A DNA stretch of 64,000 nt from Pseudomonadota bacterium (GTDB lineage: Bacteria; Bdellovibrionota_B; Oligoflexia; Silvanigrellales; Silvanigrellaceae). Where the stretch lies: NCBI GenBank assembly GCA_039799905.1, contig JBDLRP010000041.1, forward strand, positions 1 to 64,000, read 5' to 3'. Numbering within the stretch: the first letter of the stretch is position 1; each line of letters starts with the position of its first letter. Below the pieces are notes generated by a model. The model saw only the letters and a list, made by a program, of their open reading frames with translations, was not told the origin of the DNA and searched no databases. Below, piece by piece: positions 19,909 to 30,236 of the stretch. The position numbers and the translations under genes were made by a program.

Positions 19909-20376
19909 TTAAGGTTTTGCCTTTGAATCGACGGGGTTGCCCGAGGACGGGGTGCTGTTGCCAGACGGCAGAGCATCCAATTGGAAGGCAAATTCAGAAA
20001 TTCCCACTTGCCTGAGCGCATCCATCACCCCGACAACGTTGCTGTAGACAACACTCTTGTCGGCGCTGATCATAGCAACAACCTTCTCGCCCTTAGCTTT
20101 GGCAGACGCCCCCGTCGCCTTCAGCTCTTCCACACTGATGGGCTTGCCGTCGAGGAACAAATCGCCACTCGCACCAAGGAGAATATTGAACGTCCTCTGC
20201 AGGTTGAGCTTCTCCGCAGTCGCTGCCTGCGGCAGTTGAATTTTCAGGCCCTTGTTCACGATGAATCCTGCGGTCACCATGAAGATGACGAGCAGAACCA
20301 ACACGACATCGACAAACGGTGTTACGTTGATTTCAGATATGACATCGTCGTCATTGAGATTCGCACCACCAGCCAT
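19909..20376 (-). CDS. exbD: ExbD/TolR biopolymer transport protein
   Basis: SEINVTPFVDVVLVLLVIFMV and ISADK. Confidence 0.9.
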   Translation of the reverse strand: MAGGANLNDDDVISEINVTPFVDVVLVLLVIFMVTAGFIVNKGLKIQLPQAATAEKLNLQRTFNILLGASGDLFLDGKPISVEELKATGASAKAKGEKVVAMISADKSVVYSNVVGVMDALRQVGISEFAFQLDALPSGNSTPSSGNPVDSKAKP

Positions 20377-20386
20377 GATCGTGACC

Positions 20387-21028
20387 TCACTTTGCAGCCG
20401 AACGGCTGTTGTAACTCAGAATAATTCTTGCAACCGTTTCGCTGTTTGCCATCTTTGTTTTGACTGCACGGGCCAACACGTTAAACGCAATCACGGCCGG
20501 AATCGCGACCATGAGTCCGACGGCCGTTGCCACCAGCGCCTCAGAAATTGATGCCATGACGACTTCAGGCCCCGAGGCGTTGTTGCTCGAAAGCGCATTG
20601 AACGCCTGGATGATGCCGATCACGGTACCGAAAAGACCAATAAATGGAGTGTTGTTTCCGAGGGTGCCAAGCAGCGTCATGCCTTTATCAAGCTTGGTGC
20701 GCGCCGCAATGATTGTGGCATTCATCGTATCTTCCATCGCCTTGTGGCCGTCCTTGAACCGTTCAAGGCCAACTGCCGCAACATTTGCTTCGAGCATTTT
20801 GTGGCCAGCACACCATGCCGCGGTTTTATCGAGTGCGTCAGCTGAGTTGAGTCTTTCGGTAAGTTCTTTGACAAAGGCGCCGAAATCTCCGCGCATTTTT
20901 GCGAAATATAAAACACGCTCAATAATGACAGAAATGCTCAGAACGCTGCAGGCAACAAGGACATACATCACCCACTCGGCACCCAGCAGAGCGAACTTCA
21001 AAAACTGTTCGGTAATTCCCATAGTCAC
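20387..21028 (-). CDS. exbB: MotA/TolQ/ExbB proton channel protein
   Basis: PFIGLFGTVIGII and ISEALVATAVGLMVAIPA. Confidence 0.9.
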   Translation of the reverse strand: MTMGITEQFLKFALLGAEWVMYVLVACSVLSISVIIERVLYFAKMRGDFGAFVKELTERLNSADALDKTAAWCAGHKMLEANVAAVGLERFKDGHKAMEDTMNATIIAARTKLDKGMTLLGTLGNNTPFIGLFGTVIGIIQAFNALSSNNASGPEVVMASISEALVATAVGLMVAIPAVIAFNVLARAVKTKMANSETVARIILSYNSRSAAK

Positions 21029-21037
21029 TGACTCCCT

Positions 21038-22288
21038 TCAGTTTCCGTCTTTATGAAATTCCAAATCCTGATAGATTTGCGCCATCACCTGATCCGCATT
21101 GACCATCACCGGCAAAGCACCCGCCTGCTCGGCGTCAGTTACGTATTCCTTACGACGCATGCCGCACAGAACGGAGCTCACTCCGGGCTGCCACATGAGT
21201 GTCGACAAAACCAACTGTGACAAAGGTGCGTCGTCGTAACCCGGAGTGGTGATATACTCGCGCGCCAAACGCTCGAGGTCTGCAGAGAGGCGACTCCAGT
21301 TGCGCAGGCCTTGCCTTTGCGAGTCATCGCTGACCTGATTTGGATCGACGGTCGGACGTGTCAGACGGATGAGACCACCGTCATGCATGGCGTTGAACGG
21401 ACGGTTCACCAACACACCGATCCCAAGCTTCTGTGCGAGCGACAGTGTGTTGTCCTGATCGTCGGCCGACTCAACCGCAATCGGGTTTACCTCAACCCAG
21501 TTGAGCGGGCATTGAACGACTTTGAATGAATGATTTTCCGAAACAGCTTTGGCCGTGTCGACAAGACGCTGCAATGACACTGCCGTTGGATCGTCGGTGG
21601 TGGCACCGAGAGTATTTGAGCTGACACCATAGGCACGCAGCCAGCCGCGCCCGACAGCGTCCTCAAGAGCCGTGAAACATCGTTTCAATTGAGCGTAAAA
21701 TTCAACGCGCGCCTGCTCGGCAGGCACCGCATTGTGCTCGAATGCTTTGAGCATGTACTCGGGGTTGTGAATCAGAAAGACATCAAGGCATTCCACACCA
21801 AGCCGCGTGCGTGAACGTTCGAGCTGATCGAGAATGAATTCCGGATCGAGACTGTACCAAAGGTCCGAACCGAACTTGAAGACGGGTGCGAATGGCCGGC
21901 CTTCGCGCTCACGCTGTTGCACAAGCTCCAGCGTGTTACCTTGTGCATATCCGGCCTTCGAAACAAGCACGACCTGTTCGCGCGTCAATGCGCCTGAACT
22001 AACCAAATTGGCGAGAGTCTGGCCAATCAGCAGCTCGCTCTGGCCATTGCCGTAGTTGGTGCTGGTGTCGACGAGATTCACTCCACGGCGCAGCGCCAAA
22101 TCGAGCGCATCTTTGCAGGCAGGAAAGCCCAGACCAGGAGCAAAACCAATCCGGTAGGTGCCAAATCCGACAAGGCTGACGAACGGACCTCCCGCATAAA
22201 GCGGCCGCCTGCGCTCATGAAAGACGCCCTGCTTCTGGGCAGCCAGACGGCTGGTCGTTTCTGGTGTTGCATATCCTGAGAGCTTCAT
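21038..22288 (-). CDS. Aldo/keto reductase family oxidoreductase
   Basis: GFGTYR, VDTSTNYGNGQSE, SKAGY, FLIHNPE and YGVSSN. Confidence 0.88.
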   Translation of the reverse strand: MKLSGYATPETTSRLAAQKQGVFHERRRPLYAGGPFVSLVGFGTYRIGFAPGLGFPACKDALDLALRRGVNLVDTSTNYGNGQSELLIGQTLANLVSSGALTREQVVLVSKAGYAQGNTLELVQQREREGRPFAPVFKFGSDLWYSLDPEFILDQLERSRTRLGVECLDVFLIHNPEYMLKAFEHNAVPAEQARVEFYAQLKRCFTALEDAVGRGWLRAYGVSSNTLGATTDDPTAVSLQRLVDTAKAVSENHSFKVVQCPLNWVEVNPIAVESADDQDNTLSLAQKLGIGVLVNRPFNAMHDGGLIRLTRPTVDPNQVSDDSQRQGLRNWSRLSADLERLAREYITTPGYDDAPLSQLVLSTLMWQPGVSSVLCGMRRKEYVTDAEQAGALPVMVNADQVMAQIYQDLEFHKDGN

Positions 22289-22304
22289 TGTTGACCCATT
22301 TCAG

Positions 22305-23642
22305 TTACGTTTGATTGAACCCGCCTGGTCTGAGACCAGTCAGCGGAGAGACCCGCGTTGCCCTGTATGCGGGATAAAGTGCACTTACAAAGCTGAGCCC
22401 TAGAGCCACAACCACCGCGAAAAAAACCAGCGGAAGGTCGTACTCGACCGGAATTTTCTCCAAAAAATAAAAGGCTTTGAGATCGCCGATATCGAATCCG
22501 GAGAAAACTTTCAGGACCATAAGACCCAAGACAACGCCCACAATAGACCCCAGCATGCCGAGTGTCACGCCTTGTGCGACGAAAACCCTGACAATAAAGA
22601 GGCGGGTGGCCCCAGTGCTGCGAAGAATGGCGATTTGCTTCGCCCGGTCGAGCACACTCAGGCTGAGCGTGACGATAATGTTGAACGCGGCAACGAGCGC
22701 GATAATCAGCACAATAAGCTTGATTGCCATGCCATCACGTTCGATTTGTTCGAACAGGCTCTTGTCAATTTCCTGCCATGCTTGAATTTTATATGGGTAG
22801 GACTGCCGCAATGTTTTGGCGAGACTGAGCGACTGCGCAGGATCCTTCACGCGAATCTCAAGACCGGTCGCCCAACCTGGCGCACCAAATAGCGCCACTC
22901 CGTCGTGAAAATTCAAAAATGCGATGCGGTCATCGTATTGCGCAAGTCCGACGTTCATGATGCCGGAGACCTTGAACTCTTGATAGCGCGACGAAGATCC
23001 GGAGCTGCCGGTTGAACGGTGACTGCTCGTGATAAGCGTCACAGTGTCGCCCAATGACGCATTCAATCGAAGCGCCAGGCCCTTGCCGATGACAAGTGAT
23101 GGCAACTGGCTGGGCTCGTTCGCCTGAGCCACCGGATCGGGCTGCACAGCGTCTTCACGAACACCAACAAGCGACTCAACAACGCTCACACCAAGAACAG
23201 ATAAATTGAGCGAGCGGATTGCCTCGGGAGGTTGAACAAAACGGGAAAGCTCGGCAGCACTGGACGCCTCGGTGCCCTCGATTCCACGAATAACTGCGGT
23301 GGCTGTCTGCGCGCCAAAACTGAGCAGTGCCTCGGAGTACTGAAATCGACTGACCCGTCCGACGTCTTTGGCATAGGACGCACGGATCTTTCCGGCCAGC
23401 TCGGACGCATCGGGAATACCATTCGGAAGAGAGTAGACAACAATATTGGGATTGGCGGCCAAAAGAATGCTCTTTAGCTCCTTTTCAAAGGAGTTGAACA
23501 CCGTCACGACAACCAGAAAGGCTGCGACACCGAGCGCGACACCTACAACCGAAACAGCCGCAGAAAACGAAGGAAAATGCGAATTTCTTCGTCTCATGAA
23601 CTGAAAGGCGATTTTAAAAATCAATTTTGAACGGCTGAACAT
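22305..23642 (-). CDS. LolC/E-type lipoprotein-releasing ABC permease
   Basis: GVALGVAAFLVVVTVFNSF, VAAFNII, IAILRSTGA and ALYPAYRA. Start trimmed to 23642 because the track start overlaps clpB. Confidence 0.87.
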   Translation of the reverse strand: MFSRSKLIFKIAFQFMRRRNSHFPSFSAAVSVVGVALGVAAFLVVVTVFNSFEKELKSILLAANPNIVVYSLPNGIPDASELAGKIRASYAKDVGRVSRFQYSEALLSFGAQTATAVIRGIEGTEASSAAELSRFVQPPEAIRSLNLSVLGVSVVESLVGVREDAVQPDPVAQANEPSQLPSLVIGKGLALRLNASLGDTVTLITSSHRSTGSSGSSSRYQEFKVSGIMNVGLAQYDDRIAFLNFHDGVALFGAPGWATGLEIRVKDPAQSLSLAKTLRQSYPYKIQAWQEIDKSLFEQIERDGMAIKLIVLIIALVAAFNIIVTLSLSVLDRAKQIAILRSTGATRLFIVRVFVAQGVTLGMLGSIVGVVLGLMVLKVFSGFDIGDLKAFYFLEKIPVEYDLPLVFFAVVVALGLSFVSALYPAYRATRVSPLTGLRPGGFNQT

Positions 23643-23825
23643 GTTGAACCGTAACTCCGCCAAGAACCCGCGAAGACTACCCAAACGGCTTGTTATTGTC
23701 ATCCTCCCGTGGTTCACTTTCTGAGTTCGTGTGCGGATGAGTCCAGCCTCTTGACAGCCTCCGAACCGGATACAGATTGATGCCCGAGGGAGCTTGTCTG
23801 ACTCACAGCCGGAGGTAGACCAACC

Positions 23826-26447
23826 ATGCAAAATCTCACCGAACGTTCGCAACAGGTTCTCGTTCAAGCACTCGCGAAGGCAAGGGAAAAGAACAATCCC
23901 GAATTCACGCCGGCGCATTTTCTTCTGACCGCATTCGATCTCAACGAAGAATTCATCCAGCTGTTGATGCGCGAAATACCCGCGGTGCGCAAAGGTTTGC
24001 ACGACGACTTGCGCGCTTCCGTCGATGCACTGCCTTCCGTCAAATCGGGGCAGTCTGAACCGGCTTTGAGTCACTTTTTCAACCAGTTCGCAGATGACGC
24101 GGAAAAATTCCGCCGCGAGTTCAAAGATGACTTTCTTTCCATCGAGCATTTTGTTCTCGCGGGTCCTAAATCAAAACAAGTTTCAGTGGCGGAAGCTTTT
24201 CAAAGGCAAAATCTCGATACGGAAACTCTCAAGAAGGCCGTTCTCAAAGTGAGAGGGAGTTCACGGGTGAGCGACACAAATCCTGAAGCGAAACTCGGCG
24301 TTCTTGAAAAATACGGGCGTGACCTCACCAAACTTGCAAAAGAAAATAAGCTTGATCCCGTCATCGGCCGCGATGCTGAAGTGCGCCGTGTTGTGCAAAT
24401 CCTTTCGCGCAGAACAAAGAACAATCCAGTGCTGATTGGTGAGCCCGGAGTTGGAAAAACAGCCATCGCGGAAGGGCTTGCACAACGCATCGTGCGCGGC
24501 GACGTTCCCGAAACCTTGAAGAATCGCACACTCGTAGCACTCGACATCGCCGCACTGATTGCCGGTGCAAAATTCCGCGGAGAATTCGAAGAACGACTCA
24601 AGTCGGTGCTCAAGACTGTTCAGGATTCCGCGGGACAGATCATTCTGTTCATCGATGAAATACACACCATCGTCAAAGCCGGCGGATCCGAAGGCGCGAT
24701 GGATGCTGGCAACATGCTCAAGCCCGCGCTTGCTCGCGGAGAACTGCGTTGCATCGGCGCCACCACACTGGATGAGTATCGGGTCATCGAAAAGGACCCC
24801 GCGCTCGAGCGACGGTTTCAGCCTGTGCTTGTCGTACCGCCGAGTGTTGAAGACACAGTGACGATTTTGCGCGGCCTCAAGGAAAAATACGAAATCCATC
24901 ATGGTGTGCGCATTCGTGACGCCGCGCTGGTCTCGGCTGCGACGCTTTCGGACCGTTATATTCAAGATCGTTTTCTGCCGGACAAGGCCATCGACCTGAT
25001 CGACGAGGCCGCCAGCAGACTCAAAATCCAGCTTGACAGCGTTCCCGAAGCCGTAGACACCACCGAGCGGAAAATCTCACAGCTCAAAATCGAACAGGCT
25101 GCGTTGGTAAAGGAAACAGAAAAGCAGGCTGTTGCGCAGCGCGAAAACATTGAAAAGCAAATCCGCGAGCTCGAACAAAAGGCGGCCCAGATGCGGTTGC
25201 GCTGGACGTCGGCCAAATCAAACGTCAGTCAGGTCAACACTCTCAAAATGCAGATAGAACAGCTGCGTCTTGAAATGGACAGACTGGAGCGTCAGGCGCA
25301 ATATGCGCGCGCCTCCGAAATCAAATTCGGTGAATTGCCGGCACTCGAGAAAAAGCTTCAGGACATGACGGCAGCGGCAGACCTCAAAAAAATCGACGGA
25401 GGCAAAAAGTCTGAAAACGCGCCGGCCGACGAAAGCGCGATTATCCTCAAAGAGGAAGTCGACAGCGAGGACATTGCGGCAGTGGTCAGTCACTGGACCG
25501 GAATTCCAGTCAGCAAATTGTTTTCTGCTGAACGTGAAAAGCTGCTTCACATCGAGGATGAACTGCGGGCCAACGTTGTTGGACAAGACCATGCGCTGCG
25601 CGCTGTCGCAAACGCCATCCGCCTGTCGCGCAGTGGTCTCAAGGACCCCAACCGGCCGATGGGATCGTTTCTGTTTTTGGGTCCGACAGGTGTCGGCAAA
25701 ACAGAGACTGCAAAAACCCTAGCCCGCAACCTTTTTGATTCAGAAAAAGCGATGATTCGCCTGGACATGTCTGAGTTTATGGAAGAACACACGGTTGCCC
25801 GGCTCATCGGCGCACCGCCCGGCTACGTCGGTTTTGAGGAAGGCGGGCAATTGACCGAGGCAGTGCGGCGCAAACCCTACTCTGTGGTGCTGTTCGACGA
25901 AATCGAAAAGGCCCACCCGAAAGTGCTCAACGTGCTGCTGCAGATGCTCGATGATGGCAGACTGACCGACAGCCACGGCAGAACTGTGAATTTTCAAAAC
26001 TGCGCGGTGATCCTGACCAGCAACATTGGCGCACTCGAGATTTTGCAGCAGGCGGGCCAACAGACGCCCGAGCAAATGAGAAAGATGCTGATGGGTGAAC
26101 TGTTGAAATATCTTCGCCCCGAGCTTATCAACCGCATTGACGAAGTTGTTGTCTTCAATCCACTGAGCAAAGCCGTGATTCAAAATATCGTGCGCATTCA
26201 ACTCAAAGGACTGGAGCGCAAACTCAAGGCACAGGAGCTGGGTCTTACGTTTGATGACAAGGTGGTTGAACTTCTCGCCGAGGCGGGCTGGGATCCGCAA
26301 TTTGGTGCCCGCCCGCTCAAGCGGGCCATCCAAGAGATGCTCGAGGTTCCATTGAGCCTAAAAATCCTTGAAGGTGCCTTCACGGAAGGGCAGAACGTTA
26401 CGGTCACACTCAACAGCTCCGGAGACAGCTTTGACTTCAAAACATAA
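23826..26447 (+). CDS. clpB: ATP-dependent disaggregase ClpB
   Basis: Two AAA+ modules ([16 protein letters not shown]), M-domain coiled coil and GYVG pore loop. Confidence 0.97.
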   Translation: MQNLTERSQQVLVQALAKAREKNNPEFTPAHFLLTAFDLNEEFIQLLMREIPAVRKGLHDDLRASVDALPSVKSGQSEPALSHFFNQFADDAEKFRREFKDDFLSIEHFVLAGPKSKQVSVAEAFQRQNLDTETLKKAVLKVRGSSRVSDTNPEAKLGVLEKYGRDLTKLAKENKLDPVIGRDAEVRRVVQILSRRTKNNPVLIGEPGVGKTAIAEGLAQRIVRGDVPETLKNRTLVALDIAALIAGAKFRGEFEERLKSVLKTVQDSAGQIILFIDEIHTIVKAGGSEGAMDAGNMLKPALARGELRCIGATTLDEYRVIEKDPALERRFQPVLVVPPSVEDTVTILRGLKEKYEIHHGVRIRDAALVSAATLSDRYIQDRFLPDKAIDLIDEAASRLKIQLDSVPEAVDTTERKISQLKIEQAALVKETEKQAVAQRENIEKQIRELEQKAAQMRLRWTSAKSNVSQVNTLKMQIEQLRLEMDRLERQAQYARASEIKFGELPALEKKLQDMTAAADLKKIDGGKKSENAPADESAIILKEEVDSEDIAAVVSHWTGIPVSKLFSAEREKLLHIEDELRANVVGQDHALRAVANAIRLSRSGLKDPNRPMGSFLFLGPTGVGKTETAKTLARNLFDSEKAMIRLDMSEFMEEHTVARLIGAPPGYVGFEEGGQLTEAVRRKPYSVVLFDEIEKAHPKVLNVLLQMLDDGRLTDSHGRTVNFQNCAVILTSNIGALEILQQAGQQTPEQMRKMLMGELLKYLRPELINRIDEVVVFNPLSKAVIQNIVRIQLKGLERKLKAQELGLTFDDKVVELLAEAGWDPQFGARPLKRAIQEMLEVPLSLKILEGAFTEGQNVTVTLNSSGDSFDFKT

Positions 26448-26943
26448 TCCGCAGGTCACGCGAAGATTTTTCACAGCGGCAGCTGCCGCAGTCATAATGG
26501 TTTCGTGCACCCCGAACGGCGATGATACGCTCGGCGGTAACGGTACAATCTGTCAAATCGAACTGACGCGCAGTCAACAAAACCTGAACTTCGACGGCGA
26601 AACAACGGTGTCATACACGGGTCCGCTGTCGTCCGACTGCCAGCGCAAGACAACCGAACTGAGCGGCCGCGCACAAATCAACGTTGCTGCTCAATCGCAG
26701 GTGTCAAGCGCATCCATCAGCCTTCAGGAACTGAAGGCTGGTCAGCGCAATCTGCAGTTCGATTCAAACTCGGATAATTTTTTGCGCGGTTCCTACGAAA
26801 AACGTTTTGACAGTTCGTTTTATCCGGAATGGAGCCTGCCCTGGAGCGACAGGCCGACAATTGTGACTTTGTCCATGTCGCTTTCCGACGCGGCACTCAC
26901 CTCGGCGCTTCCTGCGACCGTGAAGGTGGAGCTATTATACTGA
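26431..26943 (+). CDS. Hypothetical lipoprotein
   Basis: RRFFTAAAAAVIMVSC signal. Probable TTG start with GGAG. The stop overlaps the next ATG. Confidence 0.65.
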   Translation: MTSKHNPQVTRRFFTAAAAAVIMVSCTPNGDDTLGGNGTICQIELTRSQQNLNFDGETTVSYTGPLSSDCQRKTTELSGRAQINVAAQSQVSSASISLQELKAGQRNLQFDSNSDNFLRGSYEKRFDSSFYPEWSLPWSDRPTIVTLSMSLSDAALTSALPATVKVELLY

Positions 26944-27623
26944 TGGTCTCGGTTACCCTCGCTCAGGTGAGCAAGTCTTTTTCATTAACACCGTCTGAGC
27001 CGCAGCAGACGGTCCTCGACAATCTCAATTTTTCGCTGCAGGCGGGAGAGTCAGTTGCGCTGATGGGACCAAGCGGCAGCGGCAAAAGCACGGTACTGAA
27101 TCTGCTGGCAGGACTGGACACTCCGACTCAGGGCGAAGTGGTCATCGGCGATACGAAAATCAATCAGCTCTCGGCCGAGGCGCGCGACGATTTCAGATTA
27201 CACACCATCTCGTACGTCTTCCAATCCTTTCATCTTTTGCCGACTCTCACTGCGCTCGAAAATTGCGCCTTGGTCGCCTTTGAACAAAACCAGCGCACCA
27301 CGACAGAGATTATTGCCTCTGCGATGCAAATCTTGAGTGACTTGGGACTTGCTGATGCTGCCGACAAATACCCTTCACAGTTGAGCGGAGGCATGCAGGC
27401 GCGTGTTGCTCTGGCGCGTGCGCTCGTGGCGAATCCGAAAATTGTTTTGGCAGATGAACCGACGGGTAATCTTGATTCCAGAACAGGTTCACAGGTTTTG
27501 GACATTCTTTTTCGTGAGCAGGAACGGCGCAAATTCACGTTGCTGATGGTGACCCATGATCCGCAGGCTGCAAGCCGGGCAGGACGTATCATTCATATGC
27601 GCGACGGCCGTATCTCAGCATGA
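26943..27623 (+). CDS. ABC transporter ATP-binding protein (LolD/AttE-like)
   Basis: GPSGSGKS, LSGGMQ, LADEPTGNLD and VTHD. Confidence 0.93.
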   Translation: MVSVTLAQVSKSFSLTPSEPQQTVLDNLNFSLQAGESVALMGPSGSGKSTVLNLLAGLDTPTQGEVVIGDTKINQLSAEARDDFRLHTISYVFQSFHLLPTLTALENCALVAFEQNQRTTTEIIASAMQILSDLGLADAADKYPSQLSGGMQARVALARALVANPKIVLADEPTGNLDSRTGSQVLDILFREQERRKFTLLMVTHDPQAASRAGRIIHMRDGRISA

Positions 27624-30220
27624 AGAAAGCATCGGATAAACTTCTCTGGAAGCTCCTGTTTTTCAGACTTATAGGCAGTCAAAAACGGCTTTTTATCTTC
27701 GCCATCATCACTGTCGCGCTGGGTGTCGCTCTCGCATTGGGAATAAGGCTGGGCACCGAAAGCGCAACGCGCTCGCTGGAAGAAAATCTTCCGCTGGCCG
27801 AAAATCCGGAATGGTCTGAGCCACTCACGGTGCAGGGAAGTGAGGCATTAGCATTCGTCAGGAGCATGGCACTGCGGTTTCCGATGCGTGCTTTTAGTCT
27901 CATCGAGGCACAGGGTGTTCGCAGCGGCGCGTTCTCGGAAGAGCTTGTCTCAATTCAAATTGTGCACCCATGGAGCGGCGAACTCTCTGAGGCTGGAGGA
28001 GTCTCCGTTCAGGACTCATGCAGTAAGGAGTTTTCCGGCTTCAGCGCCGTCAGAATCGGCGGACGAAGTTTTCCATTGCAGTTGATGTCTGCGGGTCAGT
28101 TGAAGGCTGCGCCGCAGTCCTGCCGCACGGCGCTCATCAATCCGGAGTCACTTGAGGGCAATGCCAGTCTGCAGGACGCCCTTGAAATGGAGTTGAAGAA
28201 AGCGCCTTTGCAGGTCATGTTCAAACAGACGGATGAATCTGAAAAGCTCGCCGTCGAAGAGTTTAAAACCTTTGCCGCACAAATTTCAGGTGTTGATTTT
28301 TCCAGCGAACAAAAGCGAATCGACCGCCTGCGCGACGTCACGCGCAGCTTTCGCACCAATCTTCAATTGATGGGTTTTATTGCACTGTTCATCGGCTTCG
28401 CACTGGTCCATCACATTTTCTCTTTGCTGATCGCACGTCAGAGCAAAACTCTCGCAACGTTGTCGGCGCTGGGGATTGCACGCGCGAAGCAAATCCGCGT
28501 TCTGCTTGCGCTCGCCGGCGCTCTCGGGCTGCTTGCAAGCAGCCTTGGAACAATACTCGGCCTCGCCGCGGGTGCGTTTTTGTCTTGGGTGACATCGGCA
28601 ACGGTCAAAAACCTCTACGACACTTTCGTCGATTCAACGCGCTTTTATTGGCAGCCTGAGGATTTGCTTTATGGCTTTGTCTTAGGATTTTCCGCGTGCT
28701 TTTTTGGATCACTTCATCCGATTGCAAAAATCCGCGGGCTGCCGGTTGCACAAATCATGCGCGACGGTGGATTTGAATCCCACCAGACTGGTCTCTCGAG
28801 GCGCCAGTCTCTTCTTCTGGCGATCGGATTGACTGTGACAAGTGCACTGCTCCTGCGTTGGACTTTTGTGTGGAACAGGATTCCCATCACAGCTTTGGCC
28901 GCCTGTCTTGGATTTTTGGTTGTTGCGGCATTGTCGGCTCAACTTATCGCTCAGTCGTTTTACGAATCAGGACGGCTGCAGGCTCGCTCAAGGCAGTGGA
29001 GAAAAAACCTCCGCCTCTTCATGCCGCCACAGGCGGCCGTGATCGTACAAGTTCTCACTCTGACTTTCACCCTGACGTTCGGTGTTAAGGGGATGGCGGA
29101 GAGTTTTCGCCGCACAGTAGCCGATTGGGCCCAATCTGCTTTGCGAGCTGATTTATGGATTCGCTCCATCGGCGGCGCGTCGGGTAGCCTGCCCGACCAG
29201 CTGATTGAACGACTTGAGAAAGCGCGCGGCACTGAGGCCATTGCAATCGACAGCCTGACGGTATTGCCGGCCTTTCTTGCGCTCGATGTGTCGCGCGAGA
29301 GCAAGCCTGTTTTATTTGCAAATGCCCATATGGCCGATCAGGCCAAGGTTGCTCCCATGCGTTTAATTCTGCCGGAGAATGCCGACAAAGGAGTTCAAAA
29401 GGTTCTGGCGGCTAATATTGCCAAGGCAGCCAGCGACTGCAGCGGCACAGCAGAAAACCCCTGCCCCGCATACATTTCAGAACCCGTTCAGGTGCATTTT
29501 GCACTCAACGATCCGCTCGGAAAGGTTTTGTGTCCGGAAATTCAGAGCCGGCGCATCTGCTTCAGAATTACCGCCGTGTATCAGGATTTCGGTAGCGATC
29601 AAGGCGTTATTCTGAGCGATAAGTCGATTTATGAACGACTCAGTGGTGAAAAGTTGCGACCGAGTTTTGCCAACGTCTATTTGCCCGCTTCCGCTAACGG
29701 CTACGTGACACAGCTCGAACTCGACCTACGCAATTTTGCTCAAGAGTCCGACGGAACGCTTGGCTTTGAAACGCTTGCCGAACTGCAACAACGGATTCTC
29801 GAAACTTTTGACAACACTTTTCGCGTCACAGATGCCCTGTATGTGTTGTGCGGAATTATTGCGATCGTGGCCACAGTCAGCAGCCTCAACATGCAGATAC
29901 TGCTCAGACGCCGGGAATGGAACATCCAGTGGGCGCTCGGCATTGGCCATCGCGCACTTGGACGCAGATTCGCACTGTGGTCTGCAGTGATGGCAACCCT
30001 GGCGGCAGCCGTTTCGGTCTTTGGCGGCATCGTTCTGTCGGCTGTTCTGGTTTACGCGGTGAATTATTACTCGTTTGGTTATTCGCTCAGCCTGATGATT
30101 CCGTGGCATCTTCCTGTCGTAGTGATTGCCGTCGCAGCAGTGTCGGGTTATCTGAGCGGGCGAATGCAGCAAAAAAGTCTTGTGGCCTCTCTTTCTGCAC
30201 AGCGCATGATGCAGGACTGA
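27620..30220 (+). CDS. FtsX/MacB-type double-domain ABC permease (AttFG-like)
   Basis: Two TM blocks, each with a periplasmic domain. Located between the ATPase and the AttH-like gene. Confidence 0.85.
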   Translation: MKKASDKLLWKLLFFRLIGSQKRLFIFAIITVALGVALALGIRLGTESATRSLEENLPLAENPEWSEPLTVQGSEALAFVRSMALRFPMRAFSLIEAQGVRSGAFSEELVSIQIVHPWSGELSEAGGVSVQDSCSKEFSGFSAVRIGGRSFPLQLMSAGQLKAAPQSCRTALINPESLEGNASLQDALEMELKKAPLQVMFKQTDESEKLAVEEFKTFAAQISGVDFSSEQKRIDRLRDVTRSFRTNLQLMGFIALFIGFALVHHIFSLLIARQSKTLATLSALGIARAKQIRVLLALAGALGLLASSLGTILGLAAGAFLSWVTSATVKNLYDTFVDSTRFYWQPEDLLYGFVLGFSACFFGSLHPIAKIRGLPVAQIMRDGGFESHQTGLSRRQSLLLAIGLTVTSALLLRWTFVWNRIPITALAACLGFLVVAALSAQLIAQSFYESGRLQARSRQWRKNLRLFMPPQAAVIVQVLTLTFTLTFGVKGMAESFRRTVADWAQSALRADLWIRSIGGASGSLPDQLIERLEKARGTEAIAIDSLTVLPAFLALDVSRESKPVLFANAHMADQAKVAPMRLILPENADKGVQKVLAANIAKAASDCSGTAENPCPAYISEPVQVHFALNDPLGKVLCPEIQSRRICFRITAVYQDFGSDQGVILSDKSIYERLSGEKLRPSFANVYLPASANGYVTQLELDLRNFAQESDGTLGFETLAELQQRILETFDNTFRVTDALYVLCGIIAIVATVSSLNMQILLRRREWNIQWALGIGHRALGRRFALWSAVMATLAAAVSVFGGIVLSAVLVYAVNYYSFGYSLSLMIPWHLPVVVIAVAAVSGYLSGRMQQKSLVASLSAQRMMQD

Positions 30221-30236
30221 ATTCAGGAGCTCCCGT

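Noticed and set aside
23700..23825. CIRCE or sigma32 element upstream of clpB
   Set aside because: No TTAGCACTC-N9-GAGTGCTAA. A TTGACA is present but without a convincing -10.
23643..24149. N-terminal extension of the 614-aa lolC/E ORF
   Set aside because: It overlaps clpB antisense, and family similarity begins at MFSRSKL (23642).
24261..26333. Several 120-234 aa minus-strand ORFs
   Set aside because: All are antisense to clpB.
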